Origin: a virus
Length of the DNA stretch: 64,000 bases
Direction: 5' to 3' (one strand)
IMG/VR virus record: IMGVR_UViG_3300022920_000004
Span: 1-64,000 of that record
Shown here: positions 10,517 to 21,600 of the stretch, in pieces
Layout of the letters: each line of letters opens with the position of its first letter
Numbering within the stretch: the stretch's first letter is position 1
Notes under the pieces: model-generated
Databases searched by the model: none
The model's input: the letters and a program-made list of their open reading frames with translations, nothing else
What the model was told of the DNA's origin: nothing
Made by a program: the position numbers and the translations under genes

Positions 10517-12291
10517 TGGAAGATATTACAGAACAATTTAATTTGCCAAAATACACAAGAGGCAAAAGTTTCGCAGATGCTAGCTCAATGATAATGGATA
10601 AATTTAGAGAACGTAAAGATCCTGAATCTAAACGTACTATGACAGAAATGTTAGATAGATTACGTCAAGCACAAGAGTTTGTTAAAGAACAAAACAAAAC
10701 TCCAGAGGAAAGACAACAAGAGCAAATGCAGATGGAACAACAGGCTCAAATGCAAGCTGAACAATCTCAACAACAAGTTGATCCTCAAATGCAACAACAA
10801 GCACCTCAAGAACAACCTCAACAAACACAATTTGCTGAAGGTGGTTTAATGGAATTTATGAAAGGTAATGCTGGTGGAATAGCTAGTGCCGGAGCTGGTG
10901 TTATGAATATGGTTGGAGATTTATCTGGTGAAGGAGTTTCTACAAATGCTGCAACTGCTGGATTAACTGGAGCTGCTAAAGGAGCTATGGCTGGAGCTGA
11001 GTTAGGACCTTGGGGAATGGCTGGAGGAGCTGTATTAGGAGGCATTACAAGTTTAATAGGTTCTGGTAAAGCTAAACGTGAGTTGCTAGAAAAAGAGCGT
11101 AATGAAACTCAAGGGGCTAGAAATCAATCTTTAAATACTTTTGCTGAAGGAGGTCAATTAAACCCTGATCCAACTTACCCACAAAACCCAAGCGATTTAA
11201 TTAAATCTTTTAAAACTAATCAAGAAGGTTTAGATTATAAAAATCCTTATCCTAATAGATCAAATAGGTTTCATAAGTTTGATGATTATCAGAAACGTTT
11301 AAAAAATAGATCTTTTGGGATATCACCAGTTACACCTAATTACGGGAGTAAATTACCTTTTGGAGATGGAACTGGAGGAGCTTCCCCTATTAAAGATGAA
11401 ATAAAATTAAAAAAAGCTTTATTAACAAGACCTGTTGTAACTAATACTAAAGAAGATTATAATGAGCAAATTAACAATGCTGTTAATAATTCATTTGCTA
11501 AAGGTGGTAAAATAACTGATACTAACCAATATGCTTTAGGTGATTGGTTAAAAACAGCGGGTAAAAATGTAGGAACTGCTGCTACTAAAACAGGTCAATT
11601 TTTAAATGAAAATAAAGGTGATATATTAAGATATGCACCAACAGCAGTTAATGCTTTTCAATTAGCTACATTACCAAAAGCTGAAACTGAAAGTTTAAAT
11701 AGACTTGATAATAGATTTAAACCTAATTATGTTGATGAAGCTGCTTTACAAAATATTAGTAGAGAAAACTATAATATGTCTAATCAAGCATTAGCTGGAG
11801 CTTCTGGTGGATCTACATCAGCATTACGTTCTAATATATTAGGTGCTGGTTTAAATAGAAATAAAGCATTATCTAGTGCTTATTTAAAAGCTGATGATAT
11901 TAATAGAGGTCAAGATAATACAGCGCAACAATTTAATGCTGGAATTGATAAAGTTAATTTACAACAATCTAATTCTGAGAAAGATATTAATGCTAGAAAT
12001 AGAGCTGCTAGAGATAATGAAAAATCTAAATTATTATCTGGAATTGGTACTGATATAGGGAGTATTGGTAAAGAAGAAAAGTATAAAGATATTATTGAAA
12101 AAATATCTGGTTATGATAAAGATGGTAAATTAGTTGCTGCTAAAAAAGCTAAGAGAGAAGCTGCTGAAAAGGATAGGGCAATTAAAAAGAATACAAAGAA
12201 AGTTATGAAATCTGTTAAAAAATCTCCTATTAAGGCTATTCAACGTAATGATTTTAATTTGTATAATAATTTAGAAACTTATAACGTATAA
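10516..12291 (+). CDS. Virion cargo/ejection protein (membrane-inserting candidate)
   Basis: Q-rich linker, Gly/Ala-rich hydrophobic hairpin (GAMAGAELGPWGMAGGAVLGG), FAxGG repeats and no Cys. Confidence 0.6.
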   Translation: MEDITEQFNLPKYTRGKSFADASSMIMDKFRERKDPESKRTMTEMLDRLRQAQEFVKEQNKTPEERQQEQMQMEQQAQMQAEQSQQQVDPQMQQQAPQEQPQQTQFAEGGLMEFMKGNAGGIASAGAGVMNMVGDLSGEGVSTNAATAGLTGAAKGAMAGAELGPWGMAGGAVLGGITSLIGSGKAKRELLEKERNETQGARNQSLNTFAEGGQLNPDPTYPQNPSDLIKSFKTNQEGLDYKNPYPNRSNRFHKFDDYQKRLKNRSFGISPVTPNYGSKLPFGDGTGGASPIKDEIKLKKALLTRPVVTNTKEDYNEQINNAVNNSFAKGGKITDTNQYALGDWLKTAGKNVGTAATKTGQFLNENKGDILRYAPTAVNAFQLATLPKAETESLNRLDNRFKPNYVDEAALQNISRENYNMSNQALAGASGGSTSALRSNILGAGLNRNKALSSAYLKADDINRGQDNTAQQFNAGIDKVNLQQSNSEKDINARNRAARDNEKSKLLSGIGTDIGSIGKEEKYKDIIEKISGYDKDGKLVAAKKAKREAAEKDRAIKKNTKKVMKSVKKSPIKAIQRNDFNLYNNLETYNV

Positions 12292-12293
12292 AC

Positions 12294-14459
12294 ATGGGAG
12301 TAAATAGATATTCTAACTTATCACAAGCTAAGTTTAATCCACTTAGCTTTCAAGAGTTATCAGCATTACCATTTCATCAAAGAAAGCAACATGATGCTAT
12401 GTCAGCACAAGCTGAAGAAGCTGGTATTATAGAATCACAAAGAATGGCTGCTGATGAAGAAGCTGTATCTGGAGCTATTAATGATTTTCAAGCTAAAACT
12501 GATGATTATATTAATAGATTAGATTCAGAAGGTTTCAACAATACTTCTAAATCAGAAATTAGAGAATTAGCTAGGGAACGTAAAGAATTAATGTCTACTG
12601 GTATTGTTGGTAGAAAACAAGCTCAATATGATAGATATGCTGCTAATATGAAGCAACTAGATAAGCGAAGAGATAAGGGTGATATTGATGTACTTAAACA
12701 TAGATTATTACAACAAAAAGCAGTTGAAGATTATAATACAGCTATTAAGAATGATCCTAACTCTACTTATCAAGACGTAATGGCTGTTAATGATTATGAT
12801 TATCAAAAAGAAGCTACTAAAATAGCTAAAGATGTAACATCTGCTATGCATACTAATAACTTTACTAAGTTTGGTTTTGAAGCTATTAAAGGAGCTCCTG
12901 GTCAATATATGCATGCTAAAACTCAAACTAAATATAAAAAAGCTGATGCTATTTCAAAAGCAATACAAGATATATTAGGTGCTAATAAAGATGTACAAAT
13001 GGATTTAGCACAACGTCAGCAACTTGGAATGTTTGGAGAAAAAGGTACTGGTGCTGATTACTTGAAAAGTGTTGCTGATAAAATTGGAAATGCTTATGAA
13101 GTTAATCAAACGACCATAACTAAAACAGGGTTTACACATAAAGCTCAGTTTGAAGAATACAAACGTAATTTAGATGATCAAACTAAACTTCAATTTGTAA
13201 GAGCTAGTCAAGGTGTTAGTACAACATTAAATTCTGGTAATTTACAAGATATTGAAAATTTAAATCAATCTGCTATAGTTGAGTTGAGTGGTTTGAAGAA
13301 AAAAATAGATACTTTTTCTGGTGATGTTAATAGTAGGGAGTATCATCTTTTAAAAACACAATATAATGAAAAATTTGCAACTCAAGCTAATTTAAAAAGT
13401 AGACTATCAGGAATTAAACAAGTTGCATTAAGTAATTTTAATACTGATGAAAAAACTTTATATAATGCTCACAATACAGTTTATGCAGGTGTTGATACTT
13501 CTTCTGAATATGACACGAGATATTCATTACAAGATAAAGTTGAAAATTTAGAAGATTATCAATCATTAATAAACAAATCCCCTATTCTAAAAAGAATAAT
13601 GTCTACTGGTGGTATGACATATTCTGATGAAAAACTTATAGATGTATTTAGTTCAACTATATTAGAAAGTAATAATAATAGATTACGTAAACAATTTGAT
13701 AATGGAGATATTAGTCAGAAAGAATTTGATGAAAGTTACACAAAACTTAATTTAAATAAAGATGGTTATGATCCCAATATTGAAACTAAATTAAATGCTA
13801 CATTTGCTAGAGGTAATAAAGCTATTGATACACATTTAAAAAATAGTCCTTACGCTGAATCATATGTTAGTTTTGCAGGACCTTCAACTGGAAAATATGC
13901 AACTTCTATAGGTGCTATCAATTCTAATTTAACTAACTCATTTACAGGAGCTGGTTATTCAACTGCGTATGATAATCAAGATCTTAATTTAAAATTACAA
14001 GAAATTGAAAAAGAAGCTGGTAAAAAAGTTAACAAATCAATTGAAGTAACTGATGGGTTTACTCCAGAAGGATATCCTATAGAACATTTAGTTTTAAGTG
14101 TAGATGGAAAATTAATTGATAGAATGCCTGTTACTAGAGGTAGTTTAGTTAGATCTGAATTTATGCAAGTTGGAAGAGAGCTTATGAAATCTTCTGATCC
14201 TGATAAATATTCAAGAGGAAAACAAATGGTTGCTAATTTACAACTACTTCCTTATGTTAACAAAGCTGGATTATTAACTTCTGCTAAAGAAGGAATTATA
14301 CCTATAAATTTAAAAGATGCTAAAACCAAAGAATCTATGGAAGTTTCATGGAAAAAAGAAGGTGATGGTTGGACTATTAAAATTGGAGATAGACCTGAAT
14401 CTATTAAATTATATAGTAAAAATGAAATTGTAAATTACTTATTTAATAAAAGTAAATAA
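12294..14459 (+). CDS. Virion cargo protein
   Basis: 721 aa, helical, N-terminal NRY..FNPLSFQEL, no Cys, position in the cargo operon. Confidence 0.55.
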   Translation: MGVNRYSNLSQAKFNPLSFQELSALPFHQRKQHDAMSAQAEEAGIIESQRMAADEEAVSGAINDFQAKTDDYINRLDSEGFNNTSKSEIRELARERKELMSTGIVGRKQAQYDRYAANMKQLDKRRDKGDIDVLKHRLLQQKAVEDYNTAIKNDPNSTYQDVMAVNDYDYQKEATKIAKDVTSAMHTNNFTKFGFEAIKGAPGQYMHAKTQTKYKKADAISKAIQDILGANKDVQMDLAQRQQLGMFGEKGTGADYLKSVADKIGNAYEVNQTTITKTGFTHKAQFEEYKRNLDDQTKLQFVRASQGVSTTLNSGNLQDIENLNQSAIVELSGLKKKIDTFSGDVNSREYHLLKTQYNEKFATQANLKSRLSGIKQVALSNFNTDEKTLYNAHNTVYAGVDTSSEYDTRYSLQDKVENLEDYQSLINKSPILKRIMSTGGMTYSDEKLIDVFSSTILESNNNRLRKQFDNGDISQKEFDESYTKLNLNKDGYDPNIETKLNATFARGNKAIDTHLKNSPYAESYVSFAGPSTGKYATSIGAINSNLTNSFTGAGYSTAYDNQDLNLKLQEIEKEAGKKVNKSIEVTDGFTPEGYPIEHLVLSVDGKLIDRMPVTRGSLVRSEFMQVGRELMKSSDPDKYSRGKQMVANLQLLPYVNKAGLLTSAKEGIIPINLKDAKTKESMEVSWKKEGDGWTIKIGDRPESIKLYSKNEIVNYLFNKSK

Positions 14460-17400
14460 TGGGAGATGAAGAATTTATTATAGAACATGACAATTCTATA
14501 TCAACTGATTATGATAAAGAATTTATTATTGATCATGGTCCAGATATAAAATATGATAATAGAATACAAGGATTAGATACCTCTAAATATACTAAATATT
14601 TAGGGGATAATATCTTTGTACCTACAAGTGGTATAGATGGTCTTAACAGTAGTAGAGCTTCTATGCAACCTATTACTCATAAATTAGGGAATGCTTTAGG
14701 AAGATTAACTAATATAATTCCTGAAGCAGTTGGGTCTGTAGCATCAGCATTAGATTTTGAAGATTATTTTAATCAAGATGATGAAGTTGGTAACTGGTTA
14801 ACTGATATAACTGAAGAGTGGAAACAATCTACTAATGAAGCTTTACCTATTTATAGGCAAAATCCTGGTAAATCATTAGATTTTGGAGATAGTGGATGGT
14901 GGATTGAAAATGGTTCAGCGTTAGTTAATTCTATAGGTGGTTTTGCTATAGGCGGTGGAGTTATTACTAAGGGTTTAACAGGACTTTCTAAGTTAACCAA
15001 AGCTAAGAAGTTAGCTGAATTAATGCTTACTACAAATAAAGCTGAAAGAGTTAATAGAGGTATTCAAACCGGTATAACTGCTACAATGTTAAATCAGTCA
15101 GAAGCTATTTTAGAATCTATGTCAGTTTATGATGATATATATAATGAAACTTTATTAAAATTAAACGAAGAAAATCCAGGTTCTGCTGATTTACCTGGAC
15201 AATTAGAAGAAAATAAAGCTGCTGCAAGACAAAAAGCTGCTGATGCTGCTAGTGCTACTGTAATGGCTAACAGAGCTAATATATTATTAAATATTACTTC
15301 TGCAAATATGTTTTTAAAAGCACCTAAATTAAGTAATAATTTACTTAAAAAAGAGACTTTTAGAACAAGTGCTAAAACTGGACTTATTGAAGGTGTACAA
15401 GAATCTGCTGAAGAATCTATAAACTTTTTAGCTGGTGAATATGGTAGAGCTGTTGGTAGAGATCAAGAATATGGTGTTAAAGAAATCTTAAATGATTTAG
15501 GTAAACCAGAAGCTATTGAAGCTGCTTTATTAGGTTTTATAGGTGGTATGGGACAAACTATTGTAACTAAAGAAGGTGTCAATAGAGTTCAAAAAACTGT
15601 AGATCCTATAACAGGTGAAAAAATGTCTGTTAAAGAATACAACAACCAAGCATATAATAAGCAGAAAGATATAATTGATGAAAATGAAGCTAATGCTAAA
15701 AAATCACAAGTTAAAAGTTTTACAAATTCTTTTAACAATGTAGCTGAAAATTTAAAGATATTAGACGCTGTTAAAAAAGCTAAAGCTGAAGGTAATACTG
15801 AAGAAGTTAAACGTTTAAAAGATTTACATTTAGACAATACAGCTTACTATAATTTTCAAAATGGTACAACTGAATCATTAATTAAATTATATGAAGAACT
15901 TCGTGATGGTGAACAGAAGGAAGATATGTCTAAAGATTATAAAGAACTTGCTAATAAAGCAATTACTAAAATTAAAACTTTAGAAAACTTTTATAATGAA
16001 TCAGGTAAATATAATAATCATCAACAAGTTTATATTAATAGATCTAATAGATATAATTTAGAAAACTATATTGATGAAGTTGGTGTTGAAGTTAGTAAAG
16101 TTAGTAATAATTTAAATGGATTTATAAGTAAGATAAGTGAATTATCTACTGGTGTTAAAAGTGATACTAATATAGGTGGTTATTTTTTAGATATAAATAA
16201 CATTGAGTTTAATCCAGCAAAAGAAGCTGGTGATACTAAAGCTGCTAATGAACTTGAAGAATTAAAAACTGTTATTAAAAATAGTGGTGATTATAAATCT
16301 TTATTAGAATTAAAAGAAGCTAAAGTTAAATTAGCAAAAGAATTAAAAGATAATATAATTGAAAATAGTCTTATAACATCTAAGGAATATCAACAAGCTT
16401 TTAAAGAACGTGTAGATAGTGTTAGACAAACTGCTGAAGAAAATATTGATAAGCAAGTTAAAAATGTTGAAAAAGAAATTAAGAACGATGAAGTTATTAA
16501 AAATGAAGCTGATAGACAAGCTGAAATAGCTGCTAAAAATGCTGAAACTGAACAAGCTATTGCTGATAAAAAAGCTGAAGTAGCTCAAACTACTGAAAAC
16601 TTAAATAATTTAGCTGATAACTTTAATGTAGGTGAAACTACTGATTTAGAGAATATGTTTGGTGAAAAGTATAAAGGTGTTTCAGGTGAAATATTATCAG
16701 TTGAAGAAAATGCTGATGGTACTAGAACTATAGAAGCTATGCTTGATGACGGTACTACTATTTCTACAAATGATAAAGTAGAACCAAACTTTAAAAATGA
16801 TAACATAGAAGACGTTTATAACACTGATGGAAGTGTTGAAGAGAATACTTCTAATGAGGAATCTGTTAAAAAAGCGGATGAAATAGCTGATACTAAAGAA
16901 GCTGAAAAAGATGGTAAGAAATTATCTGATGTTAAGCTTATGAGTACTTATAGAGATAGTGGTAAGACTTTAAAAGGTATACCACAAGCTTATATTGATT
17001 ATGAAAGAGAACCCATTAATAAAGTAGGTACAAAAGTTTATTTTGAGATTAATAAATCTATAGGGGATGGTTTAAAGAAAGGAAATAACTTTACAAAAGC
17101 AACTGAATTATATAATGATTTTATAAGTGGTAAAGAGTTATCTGCTGAAGATAAAAACTTTATGGTAGATTATTTACCATTTAAAGCTAAAATAAACAAC
17201 TCTGAGACAGTTTATACATTTTTAGAAAGTAAACCTAATTCAACTAATCCAAAGTCTTTAGAATCCTATAATAATAGAACTAGACCTCTTAGAATTAGTT
17301 TAATTAATCATTTAAAAAATGGTAGTGATATTAACTCACTTTATACAACTGTTAAAGGACAATATGGTGGAAGTATACAATTAGATACTAAAGGTTCTGA

Positions 17401-18640
17401 AAATAGCATATTAGATTTAGATGGTATTGATAGTTTAGAAGATATTGAATTATATGTAATAGATCAATATGGACAGCTTAAAGATATTAGTGGTATTCAT
17501 GCTAAAGATTGGACTAAAACTAAAAAGAATTGGAAAGGTTCTATTTATATGAAAACTAAATTATCTAATGGTAATCCATTTTATTTAAACTTAAACTTTG
17601 GTAAAGTATCTACAAAACAAGCTGAAATTATATTTGAAGTATATAGAAGTTTATTACAAAAAGGCAATAGACCAACTTCATTGATTAGTAATTTAGCACC
17701 TAATATACAATCATTAATTAAAAATAATTTAAAGAAAGAAATTGATTTAATTACAAAGACTGAAAATAAACCTTTTAATGAAATTATTATATCTGAATTA
17801 TTAGATTTAATATTTTGGGATGGTTCTAAAACAACAATGTCTGGTGATAAAAATGTTAAAAGTAGACTTCGTATTAATTATGAAACTAAAAGTGTTGAAT
17901 TTGGTGATAAATCTTATAAATTAAATGAACTTGGTGATGATAAAAAAGCTGAGTTTGTTGATTGGGTTTCTAAAAATAAAAATAGAAACTTTAAATTTAA
18001 ACCAAAACCTAGTGATATTAATCAAGCTTTAAATAGTACAGGTATAGACTACTTAGAATATGCTATTGCTGAGAAAGTTATTAATACAAATGCTAAAGTT
18101 AATCAACCATTATTTGAAGGTTTTACTAATTTATATTTGACTAATAGTATTGGTGGAGAAACTGCTGTACCAAAACCTAAAGCTGTTAACAAAGGTTTTA
18201 ATAAATCTACAGATACTAATTTAAAATTTGCTGAAGTAGATGGTAAAAGATATTATGCTAGTGCTGATAGTGGTAGAGTATTTGTAAGTAAAGATTTAGA
18301 TAAAGTAGATGGTAGAACTCCTTATGTACATGAACAAGTTGGTGCTTTAATTACAGATGTTAATTTAATTAATAAAATTGAAGCTAATATTCGTGGTAAT
18401 ATGTTTGCTGGAGCACCTGATATTAAATTAAATAAAAACTTTTCAAATAAATCTGAAAATAATGATGAAAATATTAGGATATCTCAAAATTTTATTGTAC
18501 CTTTGCAGGAGAATCCTTTATCTGATGAAGCTAAAACTATTGAAGATAAGCCTCTAAAGAAAAAAAGAGTTAAATTATCTAAAAAAGAAGCACAAGCTAG
18601 AGCATTAGCAGCAGCTAATAAATTAAACAAAAAATGTTAA
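14459..18640 (+). CDS. Large virion ejection protein (first of RNAP-associated trio)
   Basis: 1393 aa with EGVQESAEESIN...AALLGFIGG segment and coiled coils; its only Cys is the last residue. Confidence 0.65.
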   Translation: MGDEEFIIEHDNSISTDYDKEFIIDHGPDIKYDNRIQGLDTSKYTKYLGDNIFVPTSGIDGLNSSRASMQPITHKLGNALGRLTNIIPEAVGSVASALDFEDYFNQDDEVGNWLTDITEEWKQSTNEALPIYRQNPGKSLDFGDSGWWIENGSALVNSIGGFAIGGGVITKGLTGLSKLTKAKKLAELMLTTNKAERVNRGIQTGITATMLNQSEAILESMSVYDDIYNETLLKLNEENPGSADLPGQLEENKAAARQKAADAASATVMANRANILLNITSANMFLKAPKLSNNLLKKETFRTSAKTGLIEGVQESAEESINFLAGEYGRAVGRDQEYGVKEILNDLGKPEAIEAALLGFIGGMGQTIVTKEGVNRVQKTVDPITGEKMSVKEYNNQAYNKQKDIIDENEANAKKSQVKSFTNSFNNVAENLKILDAVKKAKAEGNTEEVKRLKDLHLDNTAYYNFQNGTTESLIKLYEELRDGEQKEDMSKDYKELANKAITKIKTLENFYNESGKYNNHQQVYINRSNRYNLENYIDEVGVEVSKVSNNLNGFISKISELSTGVKSDTNIGGYFLDINNIEFNPAKEAGDTKAANELEELKTVIKNSGDYKSLLELKEAKVKLAKELKDNIIENSLITSKEYQQAFKERVDSVRQTAEENIDKQVKNVEKEIKNDEVIKNEADRQAEIAAKNAETEQAIADKKAEVAQTTENLNNLADNFNVGETTDLENMFGEKYKGVSGEILSVEENADGTRTIEAMLDDGTTISTNDKVEPNFKNDNIEDVYNTDGSVEENTSNEESVKKADEIADTKEAEKDGKKLSDVKLMSTYRDSGKTLKGIPQAYIDYEREPINKVGTKVYFEINKSIGDGLKKGNNFTKATELYNDFISGKELSAEDKNFMVDYLPFKAKINNSETVYTFLESKPNSTNPKSLESYNNRTRPLRISLINHLKNGSDINSLYTTVKGQYGGSIQLDTKGSENSILDLDGIDSLEDIELYVIDQYGQLKDISGIHAKDWTKTKKNWKGSIYMKTKLSNGNPFYLNLNFGKVSTKQAEIIFEVYRSLLQKGNRPTSLISNLAPNIQSLIKNNLKKEIDLITKTENKPFNEIIISELLDLIFWDGSKTTMSGDKNVKSRLRINYETKSVEFGDKSYKLNELGDDKKAEFVDWVSKNKNRNFKFKPKPSDINQALNSTGIDYLEYAIAEKVINTNAKVNQPLFEGFTNLYLTNSIGGETAVPKPKAVNKGFNKSTDTNLKFAEVDGKRYYASADSGRVFVSKDLDKVDGRTPYVHEQVGALITDVNLINKIEANIRGNMFAGAPDIKLNKNFSNKSENNDENIRISQNFIVPLQENPLSDEAKTIEDKPLKKKRVKLSKKEAQARALAAANKLNKKC
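18468..18505 (+). promoter_or_regulatory. Intragenic Bacteroidota-type promoter upstream of the RNAP gene
   Basis: AAAATATTAGGA-N18-TACCTTTG, identical in elements and spacing to 2673-2710. Confidence 0.6.
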
Positions 18641-18643
18641 ACA

Positions 18644-21600
18644 ATGAGTTGTTTTATAGAAGTAAAAATTAATGGAAAACCAGTTGTATCTCAATTACAA
18701 CCTAAAATCCTAGAAATCCTTAAAAATAATCCTCATATTGTGTTAGAACAGTATGGGGATTTAAAGTATGTGGATGAATTAACAGATGAACAATTTGAAG
18801 AAGTTGCTGGTAAAAACTTTAATTACTTTGAAGACCCTTCTTTTTTAGGTGATTTTGGTGATTGGAAAAATAGTGACTCTAATATTAGACCTGAAAATGT
18901 TTATGACAATGGAGAACCTAAACTACATCAAGATAAAAATAATAAGAAATATTTTTATAGAAACAAGTATAATGATAAAGTTTACTTTCCATTAGAACAA
19001 AATGGTTTAAATTACATATATTCTAGTGAAGAGATACAAGATGGTACTCAATTACTAGCATATAAGCTGTTTACACGTAACTTTAATAATGACTGGAATG
19101 ATTTATCATTTATGAATGATAAAGCTACTAAAGAGGTTATTAAAGAGTATATGGAAGCTAGGATTGATACTTTAAGAAATATTGATTATGAATACGAAGC
19201 TGATGCTGTAGAAGATTCTTTAATTTATATTGATGAATGGGTTGATAATGTTAATGAATACTTTGAAAAGTTAGGATTTAAAATTGAAGAAACTGATTCT
19301 GAAATTCAAGATGAAACTGCTGATAATTCTAGAGGTTGGAGTAAAACATCACATGAAATGTCACCTAGTAGTAGTGTTGGTAGAAATATTTGGGCATTTT
19401 TATCTTTTTTACCAACTAGTAAATCTGCAGATCTTGTATTTAATGAATATGGTTTTGAAGATGTAAATGATATTTATAGTACATTAATATCTGAATTAAA
19501 AGATTTAAGTCCTACTATTATAGGTGGTCAAGTTGAAGATGTTTTTCAAACTATGCTTGATAAAATAGGTGAATTAGCTCATAAGAAACCTTATTTTAAA
19601 GAACTTTTAAATATATTAAATAATCCAAGTTTATCAGAAAATAGAAAGTCTGAATTTACACAAGCATTTAATTTAGTTAAAAACCCATACTTTGTTTCTG
19701 AAGTTGATTTTAGTGGTAAAAATAATATTAAACATACAGTTAAAGATGTAAGTCAAGTTAATGCTAACTTTAATTCTATTAAACGTGAATGGGGTTTCAA
19801 CTTTGAAACTATGTTTATAGATAAAGGTGTTTTAGATACTGTTAAACTTACTGAAATTAGAGACAGGACTAAAATGATTAGATCTGAAGTTGATCAGCTT
19901 AGAAAGACTATAAAGACTCCTGCAGATCTTGTACCAGCTATTAATAAAATACTTACAGTATTACATGATTTTGGTGCAGTAACTACAGAAGAAGGTTTTA
20001 AGTCTTATATAGGACAACTTGAAGATGTAATTATTCCAAATGAAGAATTATTAAATAATGTAAATGATGTATTATCTATTGTAGAGAAATTTGGTGATAA
20101 TTTACTTACTAAAGATCCTAAAAATAAAATTAAAGTATTTGATTATGATAAGTTTATTAATCCATTTAATACACAATCTTTATTTAGTGATTTAGCTAAA
20201 GAAGAAGCTTTTTATAAAGCTGATGGTTCTGATGCAAGTATTTATAGTGCTAAAAAATCATATTGGGTTTATAGCTTACCTTCTTATTTAGGTGGTGAAA
20301 TTAATAAATGGAAATCTAATATAGATGAACTTGAAAATTTATATAGAGAACCTGGTAATGAATCATCTAAAGTATTACAATATTTACTTGGTTATGAAGT
20401 AAATAGACTTGATAAAGTTAGAATACCAATTGCTGAAGCTAGAATTAAAGCTATTAACTTTGGTATATTTAATGTATTTCAAGAAAAGAAAACTGATGAC
20501 AATAGTTCTGACCCTAAGAATAATGGTGAATTATCTAAGACAGATGCTAATGTTGATAGTATGAATAGAGTTTTAGCGTATGTTAAAGGACAACAAAGTT
20601 TATTTAATACACCAACTCCTGCAGATAAATCAACTGCATATTTATTATCACATGGTTATTTTTTAAATACAAACATTAATCAAATTATAGATAAAAAAGC
20701 TGTCTTACCTTCTAAAGTAATACAAGTATTTTATGATTATTTTAGTAGTGAATATACTAGAATGATTAAAGCTGTTGAAACTATTAATGATCCTAATGCT
20801 AAAAAATATGTGCATTATCATCATAATAAATTTGGTGAAACTCATAAAAATGGTAAACTTATAGGTAATGCATTTAAATCTCAAATATTTGAAGGTTTAA
20901 GTTTTGAAAATATTAAAGATGTTTTACCTGAAATTGCTGATAAAATTTATCAAGATGATGGTAGACCAGCTTTAAAAACTATTGATTCATACGAAACTCA
21001 AATTAAAGATTATATACATAATATTTTAAAAGAAGGTATTGCTGATAAAGTTAGTTTTTTAACTAATGAAGGTATTATAACACCTAATAAAAATACTAAA
21101 GGTGGTTATGATTCAAATGGTATTGATGGTGCTATAATGAAAGCTTATGAAGCTTATGATTATCCAGTAATGAATGCTGTTAGTGATTATTATATTAATG
21201 GCTTAATTAGTAATGTTGAGTATTCTAAAATGTTTTCTGGAGATCCTGCATATTATAAAAACATGGTTGATTATGCTAAACGTATTCCATCTACTTATAC
21301 TGATGGTTTACAACTTAGATTAATGAACAATGATGAATTAACTTTTAACGCTGCAATTGTTACAGGTGTTGAAATTGCTGGTAGAAATCTTGCTGATATT
21401 AAAGAAATTGCTGGTGAAAAAATTGCTAATATGTATTCTAAAGGTAAAGTTAATACTACAGATGCACAAGCTTGGATTACACCTGCAAGATGGGAATTCT
21501 TAGTTAAAAGACTTGGTTTATGGAATAAATATCATGAATCAGCTTATCCTAAGATGTTAGGAACTGATAACACACCTTTTACTGATAAAGAAATTAAAGC

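Noticed and set aside
10700-10830. CAA-rich repeat as a CRISPR array or tandem repeat element
   Set aside because: It is an in-frame Gln-rich low-complexity linker with no repeat-spacer periodicity.
105-16806. Short minus-strand ORFs within + arm genes (e.g. 105-302, 3900-4202, 10818-11045, 15589-15837, 16343-16806)
   Set aside because: Antisense shadows of long coding genes, with no motifs or expression signals.
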